NCBI GenBank assembly: GCA_030770535.1
Contig: JASVEC010000001.1
Coordinates: forward strand, 1,178,001-1,242,000
DNA length: 64,000 bases
Source: Batkoa obscura
Lineage: Eukaryota
Direction of reading: 5' to 3'
Shown: positions 49,858-64,000 of the stretch, one piece after another
How positions within the stretch are numbered: position 1 is the first letter of the stretch
Layout: each line of letters begins with the position of its first letter
Notes under the pieces: generated by a model
The model's database searches: none
The model's input: only the letters and a program-made list of their open reading frames with translations
Told to the model about the DNA's origin: nothing
Translations under genes and position numbers: made by a program

Positions 49858-50667
49858 TGAACACAAATTTACTATTTTTTAAAATCCAACAATTTTGTTA
49901 AAACCAATTAAATAATATAATAGTTTGGAATAATAGGAAAAATAATTGCCCATTGGAATGAATGAAGCCGTTTTAAATTCGCTGTCATTGGGCAAATTTT
50001 ATTAGTCTATTTTCAATCATATGATAAATTATTAGTTCACTTTTCCATTTAATATACTGCGCCATTTAACAATAATAAAATATATTAATAATTTCTACAG
50101 TTTAAAAATAAGAGGGGAGATTTAATATAATAATGATACTATTCCAACAACTATTTAAATCAATAGAAGCATCTTTTAGAGATTAATTTCAAGTTTTTCT
50201 AATAGAAGAATTGAAACAAAATAATAAAATATGACTTCAATAAACATAATTGCCCAAATTTTAAAGTCATTTGTTAATTTTTAAAAATTATGAAACTTGA
50301 CTATTCTTTTTTAAAACATTCAATTCTATAGAAATTTAAACCAACTATTTTCTTTTTATTATTGTCGTAAAAATGGATTTTGTATTCTAATAAAAATATT
50401 TAACAGCTAAATATTAGCTTGATATTTCTTTTATCATCGTATAATAACATTTATACTAATAAAAAGAGTTTATTTAACCATAAATAAACTTATTTCAAAT
50501 TCCAAGTTTAATAAGTGACTGCGACCTAAATCAAGCAGAATAACACTTAGGTTTTAGATGACGTTTATTTGATTTTATTTCTAATAACTAAAAGTATAAA
50601 AACCTCCTCCAACCCCCAACATTAAAACTTTATAAAAATATTGTAAATTATAAAAAAGAAAGAAACT

Positions 50668-51210
50668 ATGCCAACTACTGAAAAAACCAATGTTACTAAT
50701 GAAACTTCCCCTCAAGCTTTAAAAGCTGGCCATGCTCCTGCTGGTAAGTTCAACTTTAATAAGTAGATAGTATATAATGGCTTATTAACAACTACCTTTT
50801 TAGTTAAAGTAGGTGGTATGAGAGTACCTCAAGCTAATCCCCATGTGAATGTTAAAGCGTAAGTAGTTTATTATATATAATATATAATCTATAATCATAA
50901 GTTTCAGTTTCAACTATCTCTTCGTATCAAGAAACTAACCTATTTTCAATTAACTAGTGATCCACTTCCTGGTAATTTATCACGTGCTGAAAAACAAGCG
51001 CTCACTAATAATGAAGATTTTTCACATGATCAAGAAGAACAGATTGAAAATGCTAAAGAAGAAAAATTGAAAGAAGAAAAATTAAAGAGGGCTGAACAAG
51101 GTCAAAAACAAAAGGATTTGGAACGTAATACTTTACCTAAAAATCAGGATATGAATATGAGAAATAATAATACTAGGGTTTTTCAACCTAATAAACATAT
51201 GGGAAATTAA
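50668..51210 (+). CDS. DAP: DAP/DAP1 (death-associated protein)-family small protein, 127 aa; exons 50668-50743, 50804-50858, 50958-51210
   Basis: Splicing at two GTAAGT..TAG introns gives LKAGHAPAVKVGGMRV (cf. KAGHPPAVKAGGMRI) and a C-terminal RVFQPNK (cf. HIQQPRK). TATAAAA at 50596. Confidence 0.85.
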
Positions 51211-51479
51211 ATACCCTAAAACTATAACTAATTATTTGTTTAAATTTATTTTATTTGCTGTATTAATCTTTTATTGTTTGTTATTTAGAAACTTATTATA
51301 TAGCTATTCAAGTGATTTGATACCTTCCTTTTACTACTATATACAAAAGACAAATACATCAATTAAAATCAATCAAACATATCATTAATACTAAAAATTA
51401 GAATATTCATTCTTCATTAATACAAATAGCATTTTAATTTTAATTAGAATATGAGAAGATATATCAATTAAAACACATC

Positions 51480-53289
51480 TCAAAAATATAATTCCTGATT
51501 AATAAAATTGGGTAATTCATGAGGCAATTGATCACGTTGTGGATAAAAAGTATAATTCAATGGATAATCATTTAAGTTTTCTAACTTGGAAGTATATCTA
51601 AATAAAAAAGAAAAGATTATTAATGACAATACAACAAATAAAGTTAAAAATAAAAATAAAATAATAATAATACATAGTGAAATAAATTACTTACAAATCT
51701 GCAAATGTTCGGACTTTTTTTGCAAAATATGTTGGATTATGATGAGTTCGAAACAAACTACCAAATTGTAAATTATACACTTGCTTCAAAGTATTCCTAT
51801 ACTGCTTCCTTTCTAATCTCCATTGTTGTACTAAATCTCCCAATTCCTTACTTTGATCTCCATTATTACTAGCTAATAATAATAATTGTTCTAAATGTAA
51901 TAAATAAGATAATCTGGATCTAGCTTGTGGTGTAGCTGCACATTCCATTTCAGTTTCTAATTCATCAATAATTGCTCCAGTACGCCAGCCTTGTTGAAGG
52001 GTAGGGTCAACTAAATCTGAGTAAATATGATCCCCTATATACATCACTTTCTGTCCACGCCAACCAGTTAATTTAGAAAACTCTTTTAAATTTCCTCCTT
52101 GATATACTTGACCTCGTTGAAATTTAGAAACAGCTTCCATATCTAATTCAATACTGTTTTCTAAAGTCTAAATGAATAAAAGAAAATAAAAATTAATATT
52201 AAAAATAAAGATAAAGGAATGACATAAAATAAATTACTTGATTAGCTCGATCTCCATTTGTTTTTACTCTTCTAAAAGGTCTATGAGAGGTATAAAAACT
52301 TGGCTTTTTACTACTAACTACTACAACATCAAATAAATCCCTCCAATCTTTACTTGATGTTAAATATTCCATGCCTTTATTTCTATATTAATAATTTATT
52401 AACAATTATAATATAAAATATAAAAAACATAAAAAACTTACACAAATAAATAACCTGAATTTGTTAATAAAAATAACTCTTTTTTACCTTTTCTCAAATT
52501 TTGTAAATAATTTACTAACTTATTTGATGGCTCTAAATATTTAGGGACTTGCTTTAAGATTTCTAAATGTAATAATCCGACTCCAAACGGATGATTATAA
52601 GCTGAAGAATGAATGGCTTCTCCCATTGCTCTTACATCATCATATAAATGTCTTGGATGAAATTGAATTTGTTTTTCATTAAAATAATCAATAATATCAG
52701 CCAATAAACAAATCTCTGGCAATGAAAACATATCATTTAATTGAGTTAAATTTTCCAACATATATTTTGGTGAAATATGAGTACCATTATGTAATTCAAT
52801 AATAGTATTAACATTTTTTATAGGCTGTTTACCAAAATAAACTGTATTAAGTTGAATATTATGATAAGCATCTACTTTCATCAAATACCCTGTTTTAACA
52901 TCATAATGTAAACCACGTACAGCAAAACTAGGATCATAGTTAAATTGTAATAATGCTTTTGGATAACCCATTCTAAGAACCAACATATCTCTTAACATTG
53001 TGAATATTTTCTTAGGTAATTCTTGAGTATAATTAGCTAATGTATAATCATAATCAAATCCATAAGTTTGTATAAAATCTAAATTTACTTCATTATGACA
53101 AAACACTCCATTGGGATTAAGTTCCGTGGGGGTATTTAGAAAGTTTTTATGGGGTAGATTCGTTTTGGGTTGAAAATGTTGGGATTTTATCTTTTGATAT
53201 GCTTCTTTAAGTTGATGAATGCTTAAGGTATTTGTACTATAATGACGGGTGATAAGTTGAGTTTTGAGAAGATTTAAGACAAATTTCAT
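51480..53289 (-). CDS. HAD-superfamily 5'-nucleotidase domain protein (NT5DC2/3-like), probably mitochondrial, multi-exon
   Basis: YGFDYDYTLA, LFLLTNS, VYQGGNL, MYIGDHIYSDL, GWRTGAII, FGSLFRT, FADLYTS and LPHE motifs. Confidence 0.9.
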
Positions 53290-53635
53290 TCTTTGGTTTT
53301 TAATAAGAGGATAAGTTTGATCAATTGTGGGTTTAAGAGTGTTCTTATGTTAAATTTGTGACAAGTTATAAAATATCAAATGCTATTAAAATAATAAGAA
53401 AAATAAAAAATAAGATTTAAGTTTTTGATTTTTAATTTTATAATTTGAATTTTGGCTAAATTGATCATGACAAGTCAAGGTTTCATTTGATTCGTAATTC
53501 AAAATTTATTTAAAGAAAAATTTATAGAAAAAAAAAACATGTTAGTTATTATTGGCTCTTTTTAATTTGCAATTTTTTTCAAAAAAAATTAGCAAAGTAA
53601 AGGGAAATGGAAACCAAAAGCTTAAGTAATGTTTC

Positions 53636-54592
53636 ATGAACATAATAGTTAAATCCATCGCAAATCATTCACTCTCTTTAAATATAAGGAGCTTGATTTA
53701 TAATCATTCGTTTAATTCAATAACTTATTTTCCAAGAGTTTATTTCAAATTCAATATTATTACAAGAAAACATACTACCATCTCAGTATTAAAAGATAAT
53801 CATACAACGAAAGATGTTTTAACACAAAATACAGAAAAAGGAATACGGTTGCATCAAGAATTAAAGTCAGACAAAAGAATAATAATAGAGCATAGGACAA
53901 TAATGACTCAAAATATAACAAAAGACTTAATGTCGTATAGTTATACTCCTCAATTAACTAAACAACAAGTTCAATTGTTAGTATTATTTACTAAAAAATT
54001 AAAAGACACTACTTATTTTCAACAAATTCAATTATTAGAATTAATAATACAAGAAGGCTTATATCAACATATTTCGGACTTACAACTAACAATATTATAT
54101 AATTTATGGGTTAGAAGTATTGATGGTAATAAAGTATTAAGACATCCGAAACAATTAATAATATTACTTAATTTAATGTTAGAAAGAAAATATATATTTA
54201 ATAAAATACAAATTAATGAGTTAAGTAATTATATATTATTAAAACAACCTAAAAGGTTAGCAAATTTATTTGTACCTTTATTGTTTAGGATATGTAAGGA
54301 GAATAATAAAGAGAATAATAATAAAAATAGAATATTATATATTGAAATATATAATAATTGTTTTCAATCTTTATTAATGAATCATCAATTTATAGAATGT
54401 AATTATTTATTAAATAAAATGAGAGATTATAGAATACCTTTGATAAAAAATACAAGGGAATTGATTATGAAAATGGATATTAGAAAAGATTTTTGGTTAA
54501 TGAAAAATGAATGTTGGCTATTAATTAAATGGAAGTTAAGGAGATATCCGATAATTGAAAGTAATAGTTATATAAAGGAATCAGATTTGTAG
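53636..54592 (+). CDS. Uncharacterised helical protein, possible mitochondrial PPR-like protein
   Basis: 318-aa ORF with a presequence-like N-terminus and one PPR-like repeat (IYNNCFQSLLMNHQFIECNYLLNKMRDYRIP). Confidence 0.55.
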   Translation: MNIIVKSIANHSLSLNIRSLIYNHSFNSITYFPRVYFKFNIITRKHTTISVLKDNHTTKDVLTQNTEKGIRLHQELKSDKRIIIEHRTIMTQNITKDLMSYSYTPQLTKQQVQLLVLFTKKLKDTTYFQQIQLLELIIQEGLYQHISDLQLTILYNLWVRSIDGNKVLRHPKQLIILLNLMLERKYIFNKIQINELSNYILLKQPKRLANLFVPLLFRICKENNKENNNKNRILYIEIYNNCFQSLLMNHQFIECNYLLNKMRDYRIPLIKNTRELIMKMDIRKDFWLMKNECWLLIKWKLRRYPIIESNSYIKESDL

Positions 54593-54788
54593 AAGAAAAA
54601 AAATAAATTAATTCAGTTACATGTTTTATTAAAGTTATTTACTTTTATTGTTTTAAAAATTTATTGTACTTTTTTTTTTTTTTCAAAACTTAATTTAAAA
54701 TACACTTATCCCACTAATATTAGAAGCCGTAGGATTCTAACCAATTAGTTAACTCATTAAAATTTTATTGCTAAAACATATTTATATA

Positions 54789-54894
54789 TGATGGGGATGT
54801 TTTTTTGGCTTCATCACTTTTTCCATCTTTTAGGCGCTATTTGAGCGAAAAAATTGTTAGTAGAATTCTTAAACAAAAAAATACATCCCCATAT
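54789..54894 (+). mobile_element. MITE family 1 copy
   Basis: Near consensus; lies between convergent genes. Confidence 0.88.
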
Positions 54895-55161
54895 GCTGAG
54901 TTGACAGATAAGAGTTAAAAAAAAGTAGATAAAAAATTATAAAATAAAATTAATATTATAATCTATATAATATAAATAAAATATTTCATATTCTAATAAT
55001 AATTAAAAAGTAAACAATAATATTAACCTTTCTTTTTTAAATTAAATTTTACAAAATTCAATAATAGAAAATTTAAAAATTATATAAAAATTATTACAAA
55101 ATATTTTATAAAATAATAGATACTAATATATTAAACTATCTAAATGAATACTTTCACCTAC

Positions 55162-58100
55162 TTATTGAAAAGGTCTTGGTCCCATTGGTCTATCACGACT
55201 ATGATCATCTGACTGTTCCGGATATTTAGGTGGTTGAGGCATATGAGTTGGGGAATGTTGTTCAAATTCATTATTATTAGAATCATTTGAATAAGAATTA
55301 CCAATAGCGGAACCAACCCCAGACCCATATTGATAATTAGTTTGTTGAGGTCCAATATCAGGAGAATGCGATCTTCCACTATTACTTTCATTATCATCAT
55401 AATAATAATAAGGTTCTGGACGATCCATTAATTCATCATCGGAGTTTTGATTATAATAAGTATCTTCTGTTTCTTTTTCTTCTTTAGCTGCTCTTTCACG
55501 ACGACGAACGGAACGACGACGACGACGTTCATAATCTTCCCATCGACGTAAAGATACTTTACTAGCATCAAAATCACCTTCTTTAGCACTATGATCTCCC
55601 CCTTTACCTTCACCTTGTACAACACGAGTAGCTCCCCAAGAGAAATCATCAAAATGCCAGTAAGAATAAACTGGTAATATAAAATTCCATACAGGTAAAG
55701 CTAAGAGATAAACAAACATCCATAAAACATAAATGAGTTTACGAGAAGTAATTAAAATTAATAAAGCTGGTGAAAATAATACTAATAATAACATAACTAA
55801 TGGTAATGAACCAGCTAAACTATTAATTGTTGATGTAGCTATGGTTCCTATTAATACAAAAGTCATAACAATTGCTACAGGTAATACAACAGTACCAATT
55901 AACTCCATAAAAATAACAAATTGCATTGAAAAACAAAAGGTACCACATAAATTCCTAACCAAAACTAATTCTAATAAATTGTGAATAGTTGAATTAATCC
56001 ATCTTCTACGTTGAGATAATAAAACACTAAATTCATCAGGAACAACAGTTTTACAAATAGCTTGTGGAACAAACATCATTTTACGATTTGGGAAATTACG
56101 TAACATTAAAGTAGTTAAAAATCGATCTTCACCTAATAATAATAAATTCTTTTGATGTAATGTTTCTACTACATTTTGAGAATATTCTTGTACAATTTCA
56201 GGTTTAGTTATAATAGGTACCCAATCAGAATCACCTTTAGGTGCTTTTAATCGATACATACAAAAACAACCTGGTAAACAAGTTACACCACCAAATACAG
56301 ATTCAAAACCTTTACCAAGATGATGAGATATATAATATTCAAATACTTGAATACCAGTAACCCAAGAATCTCTTTTATTGGCTATTTTAGTTTCTCCACA
56401 TAACCCCATAATTAATGGATCATTAATTAAACAATAAGTTAATAATTTTAGTGAATCAGGATAAACTTTAGTATCAGCATCTACCATTAATACTGTTTCA
56501 AAATTATCAGGTGTGACTCCCATTAAATGATGGATTTTTCGAAATAGATCATAATCTAAAGGAGTCATACGTTCATTATAAATTACTCTTGAAAAAAAGT
56601 TCATTAATATTAATTGAGAATCTCTTTTACCCCTATTTCCTGCTTTTGGTTTACCATCTTCTTCAGCATTACCACATTTAATAATAACTAAAGTAGGTAC
56701 ACGATGAGATTTATAATTAAAATGACCAGCATAAACTTTAGCCCTATTATGTTGTTTATGACCTGCTGCAACAGCAATATAACTTTGTGGTTCAGGATCC
56801 GTAAAATTAGGATCTAATTCAATTAAATCTAAACAAATATCCGGTGTAGATTTATCATTTCCAGAACCAACAATGATACCATCCGCTACAATAAATAACA
56901 ATTTTTTATCATCTGAATAATCGGTACCAGCTAAAGATTCAATAGTTGTACGCATTGAGGCTTCACCTTCAGAATAACAAGTAACTAACATAATGTTAAA
57001 CAATTCATTAGGATCATCAGATATTCTACGTGGTGCTTCTTTTACACCCCATGGTGCTTGATTATTAGTAATTAAGGGACGACGAGAATTATTATAAGGT
57101 CTTCTGGATAATCGATAAGAAATAAACCAATGAAATACAAAAGCCATAGCAAAACGAGTAATGATGATTGAAAGAATAACAATTAAAGAAACGGTCATAA
57201 ACATATCAACAGCAAAACAACCCACTTGGGCTTTTTGTAAATAACCCGTACCAAATTTTTGTTTTAAACAAGGAATTGTTTTTTTAATATCTGGATCTCT
57301 AAAAAAAAATTTAGTAGCATCTACACTATTAGCTAATTTCACTGCTTGTTTAATAGCCATATCTAAATCATCATAATATTGATCTCCCTCATAAATTTGT
57401 AAGTATGCACCAAAATCTAAAACGGCCCCATCAACAACAACAATATTTTTATAAATATCATTCCAAGAAAAACCAGCCACAACGTCTTGACCATCCACTT
57501 GATATCTTTGTAAATTAAAATTCTCTGCTACTTGGTCAATGGAATCAAATAAACATCCCTTTAATCCATTATTCGTTGCACAATATTTATAATTACTAAC
57601 TGCATTATACGTCTTTCCACTCAATTTATCTTGAATACTATCACATTCACTAAATTGATTTTCCATAGGTTTAAAATAAGAAGTAATATCTGGAAATTGG
57701 ATTTCATTTTCAAACTTTGGAAATTCAGGTGGGAATTTAGCATCAGGTGCATTATAGATAAATTTATTAATAATATAAAAACCGGGATCTAAATTGATTG
57801 TTAATATTTAAAAAAATAACAAATAACAATAAAAAAGCTTACAAGTAGGGCCATTTCCATTCTGTGGATGAACTGAAGATAATTTATAATTTTGTTGAGA
57901 ACCTAATTGTTTTCTAGTAGCATCATCACAGAATACTTTAGGTAAAAAGAAAGTTAAAAACACAACCAAGCCACAAATCAACATAATAATAAAACAAAGG
58001 GTCACTTTTTCTCTCCAAGCTTGGATTACATCCGGAGTTGGAAATCCTAATCTTCTTAATATAAAACTAGGGGCCCAGAAAGTCACTATTTGCGAAAAGA

Positions 58101-58230
58101 CAACCCAACCATCAAAACGTCCTTTATCTTTTTCTCCTAACATAGGAGTGGGGGCTGCAAACCGATCAGGTCGATTAAGCGTTTTTCCCCTTCGTAAGGT
58201 GCGTCCTCGTTGTACAAATTCAGAACTCAT
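55162..58230 (-). CDS. CHS3: Class IV chitin synthase (Chs3-like); intron 57789-57842
   Basis: [49 protein letters not shown] and WHFDDFSWG. Confidence 0.95.
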
Positions 58231-59735
58231 TAAAGTTGATTGAATGGTCTAAGGGTATAGATAAGATAAGATACAATGAAAGATAATATAAAAACAAATG
58301 AGATGGTATTGAATTAACTTGTTATCTTTTTATAATAAAAATCTTTTTGTTTATATACAATTGATAAGGTTAATTGCTAATAAGTTTTATAAAAAATAAA
58401 ATAAACTAGCAAAAAAAATATAGAATAAAATGATAAAGATTGTTATAAAAAAAGATAATTAATTATTTAGTTTCTTTTTTTTATAAAGGAGAAATTATTA
58501 AATATTTTAAAAAATTTATTAATTAGTGTTGTATTATTTTAAGGGTTACCGCTACTCATGCCTAGAAAACTTTAATCTAAATTTAGGTGGTTGGAATTAA
58601 ATTCTTAAATAGCCAATCAATTTTGGATTTATAGTATTTAATTGGTTATTTTCTTGAACCTCCCCACTCATTAGCATTCCTATTCAAAATATAACTTTTT
58701 TCAAAAAATGATATTGAACCAATTAACTGCTATTTCAATATTGCTTACTACTGTTAAGGAAATATTTAAATTTAACAAAGAGAAACCAAAGTCAATAACG
58801 GACTATTATTGGTGGAGAGAAGTTTTATCCATTGATTTAAAGTAAATCATGAAAAATTGAAAAAGTGTGGCTCTTTTAAAAATATTCTATTTTTAACATT
58901 ATGCTTAGAATGGAGCTTTTGAAATAATGGAGTTAAATTTGCACTTTCGGACAAATTTTTTTAGTATTACTAAAAATAAGTTACAATGAAAAAACATGTT
59001 GGGATTTTTTATATATAATTTAATGACAGTTATAAATCAATGTTTTCATAGCTTTCACCTCCATGAATCATAAGTTTTTTAAATAAAATAAAATATTAAT
59101 TTCTATAATAAATATAATAAATAAATCCTTTTAGAATAAGCTTATAAAATAAGACTGAATACAAATTTGGTTTTTTTGCTTTAAATAAAACCATTTTAAT
59201 TTTCAAAGCCAATCATTAGATGATGGGTATACTATTGTTCTATTCTGCTATTAAATAGTTTAAATGAGATTCTTCCCACATAATTTGATGGCTTCATAAA
59301 TTAAATGTTACTATGAAATACGATTTTGCTAATACTATGTCAACATTCAATTTATTAGCATTCAAATTATATGGGAGAAATTACACTTAAGCTAGTATAA
59401 TAGTAACACAAAAGAAAATTCCACTTATTTTTTAAATAAATGGAACATTGCTTTTTGGTTTAAGAGTTCACAAATTTCAGTGAAATCAATTTTGTTAAGA
59501 TTCGATCAAATAAATTCTATATCAAAAAGAATAAAATGAAAAAGACAAAATGTTTTAAACAAATGAAAAATAGAATTTTGATTTAACATAAGCTAGTTCC
59601 AGTAATAAAACTATAATAATAAAATGAAATAATCTTCATAGTTTATTATAATAAAACGAAATGTAGATTAGTTAATAAAATAATATTAGCACTTTATTAT
59701 ATTAATTTTTAAAAAATACAAAAATCAAAATAAAC

Positions 59736-59839
59736 ATATGGGGGTGTTTTTTTTGGCTTCACTTTTTCCATCTTTTAAGCACTATTTGGGCGGAAAAATT
59801 GTTAGTAAAATTCTTAAACACAAAAATACATCCTCATAT
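59736..59839 (+). mobile_element. MITE family 1 copy
   Basis: Near consensus with a 3-bp deletion; ATAT flanks. Confidence 0.88.
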
Positions 59840-60633
59840 GATAAAACAAATGGAATCTAAGCATCATTTAGAGCAATTAATATTAGTCCTGTCATAAAAA
59901 CCAACTTTGAAAACGATTTTTTTAAAAAGAAATTACTAATATTAATTACTCTAAATGATGTTTAAAATCAATTAATTTTAGGACTAATAACTTGAACATA
60001 CTAAATTAAAACTCATAAACTCACAACTAAAATTGAAATTAATGAATGAACAATTAAGAAATTCGCATATTTAATCTAGCTATAGTACTATTGTTCTACT
60101 ATCACTTTTTAATACAATACAGTAACATAATCATTCCTCCTTAGTTTTCGCTTATCAATTAAAATCCTGAAATCAGTTAAAGGGCTTAATTTACAATAAT
60201 GAACTTGAACTCCTTAATACCAATCTGTTTAATTTGTTTAAGCTCAAATGCGATATAATTACTATTTATTTAAGAGTAAAGTTCAAATGTCAAGCTTCAA
60301 ATTAGTGTAAAATTAATTATTTGTTATAAAAATTACTGCTAGTCAACTTACATTCATCTTAAACGTGTATAAAGAATCTTGAACATTAACTCCAAGCATG
60401 AATAATCTGTGCAGAACTTGGATAAAGTGGTTCACCGGGTTAATTTGCGGATAAAACATAATTGGTTAAAAGCTCTAAAATGACCTCATTTAATTGCCAA
60501 GTTATCTAAAAATAGTAGTAGCTAAGGGTTTATTTTTAGATTGTAAGCTTAATTCTTTAAAAGATCTGTTTATAAAACGTAAATTTTGAAATTTCTTTTA
60601 TTACTTTTTCTTTATATTTTACTAATATTTAAT

Positions 60634-61494
60634 ATGTTATACACTAAATTAGTATTCTTATTTTTTATTGTTTTAGCCATTGTTGCTCAAAGCTCAGGTA
60701 ATTTAAACAATATAAACTATATTTAACTAAATAAGTAATAATTTTCTAAAGGTTCTGAATCAAAAAGTGCTTCAAAAGCCGACGACCCAGGTTCTAAAAC
60801 TGATGATCTTAAAGCTACCGAAACTAAAACAGATGATAAATCTAAGGCTACTGACATCAAAGATAAAGAAACTGATTCTAAATCCGATGGTAAAGATAGT
60901 ACTAAAACAAAGGACGATAAAGCAAGTGAAACTTCAGATAAATCCGATAGCGATAAAAGCTCAAAGAGTGATAGTTCTAAATCAAGCAGTGATCCAAAAG
61001 CAACTGATAAACCATCAGCAAGAGCAACGATCATTATGATGGAACCTAGATATAATGATGATGTTAAAGGTGCTCGTGTACCATTAGGAAAAAACATTAA
61101 GTTTAAATGGGTCTTTTCAAATACTCCATATGAAAATCCAAAGAAACTTAATGTTTCCCTTGTTCAAAAGAGAGCTGGGGGTGACGCCAAGTATGATATT
61201 GCTACCATTTCTGGTACCGATAAAGAATTCGAATGGAAAGTTAAAGATTATGTCCCTGAAGATAATGAGAATGGTATTTTCCTCAAAGCAGGATCTGAAA
61301 ATATGGTTATGGTTTATATCTATGATTCAGAAACTAAATACAACACTTTAAATCCAGGTAAAAAAATTAGATCTACCTCTAGAAATCTTGTATTTTATCA
61401 ACCAATGGATTTGGATAACAATTTCACTGATAATGCTAACCTTGGAGTCCCTTCCTTGGCTTTATTAGCTTTATCTTCATTAGTTTTATTATAA
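60634..61494 (+). CDS. Secreted, probably GPI/C-terminally anchored protein with an S/K/D/T-rich stalk; intron 60698-60751
   Basis: Exon 1 is a signal peptide (MLYTKLVFLFFIVLAIVAQSS), followed by a low-complexity KTDD/KATD region, a beta-rich domain and a hydrophobic C-terminus. Confidence 0.75.
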
Positions 61495-61716
61495 CAAATT
61501 AATCTCACTTAAAATCTAACTTAGTAGTATTTTGATATTGTACTAATAAATAGATTAAAATAAAATAACATTTAATTATATATTAACTTTAGAATATTTT
61601 GAATATCTTTTTCCTTTTTTATTTTTCTATATTTTAAACTAAAACTTAGCTAATTAGTTAAATTAATTATAATCACAGTAAACATGCCCAGGTAGTTAAT
61701 AAAGTTATGTTTTAAT

Positions 61717-64000
<2,284 letters not shown>

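Noticed and set aside
6424..61351. Short antisense or alternate-frame ORFs overlapping real genes (e.g. 6424, 6586, 21162, 24918, 25635, 27104, 29428, 42382, 55158, 55428, 55733, 60723, 60767, 61130)
   Set aside because: They are shadows of confidently assigned coding exons.

Overview
Very AT-rich eukaryotic DNA with short (about 45-60 nt) GT-AG introns, Zn(II)2Cys6 factors, Pho85-type cyclins and a class IV chitin synthase. It is clearly fungal, most likely an early-diverging lineage (Entomophthoromycotina/Conidiobolus-like is an inference). I can support 23 protein-coding genes. Two compact, intron-rich housekeeping blocks (17.2-28.7 kb and 46-64 kb) carry MTHFR, a class IV aminotransferase, a WW/FF protein, a RING protein, CCDC25, PRP6, UTP6, REX1-B-like, NT5DC, chitin synthase and SMC5. 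Gene-sparse zones carry mostly intronless regulators and transporters. Most notable: (1) a three-exon DAP/DAP1-family gene at 50668-51210, absent from the ORF track and a candidate fungal ribosome-hibernation factor; (2) 20 copies of a ~98-bp GGGG...CCCC MITE with a 4-bp, ATAT-preferring target duplication, plus four other single-copy TIR elements; (3) three paralogous mini transcription-factor genes, two lacking the Zn-cluster; (4) four copies of a ZRE-like motif upstream of a ZIP zinc transporter; (5) a ~550-nt AUG-free stretch upstream of a Pcl5-like cyclin containing a 104-codon non-AUG ORF; (6) an 80-aa secreted six-Cys peptide. No tRNA, rRNA, CRISPR array or transposase gene was recognised. 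All assignments come from motifs read by eye; no database search was run.
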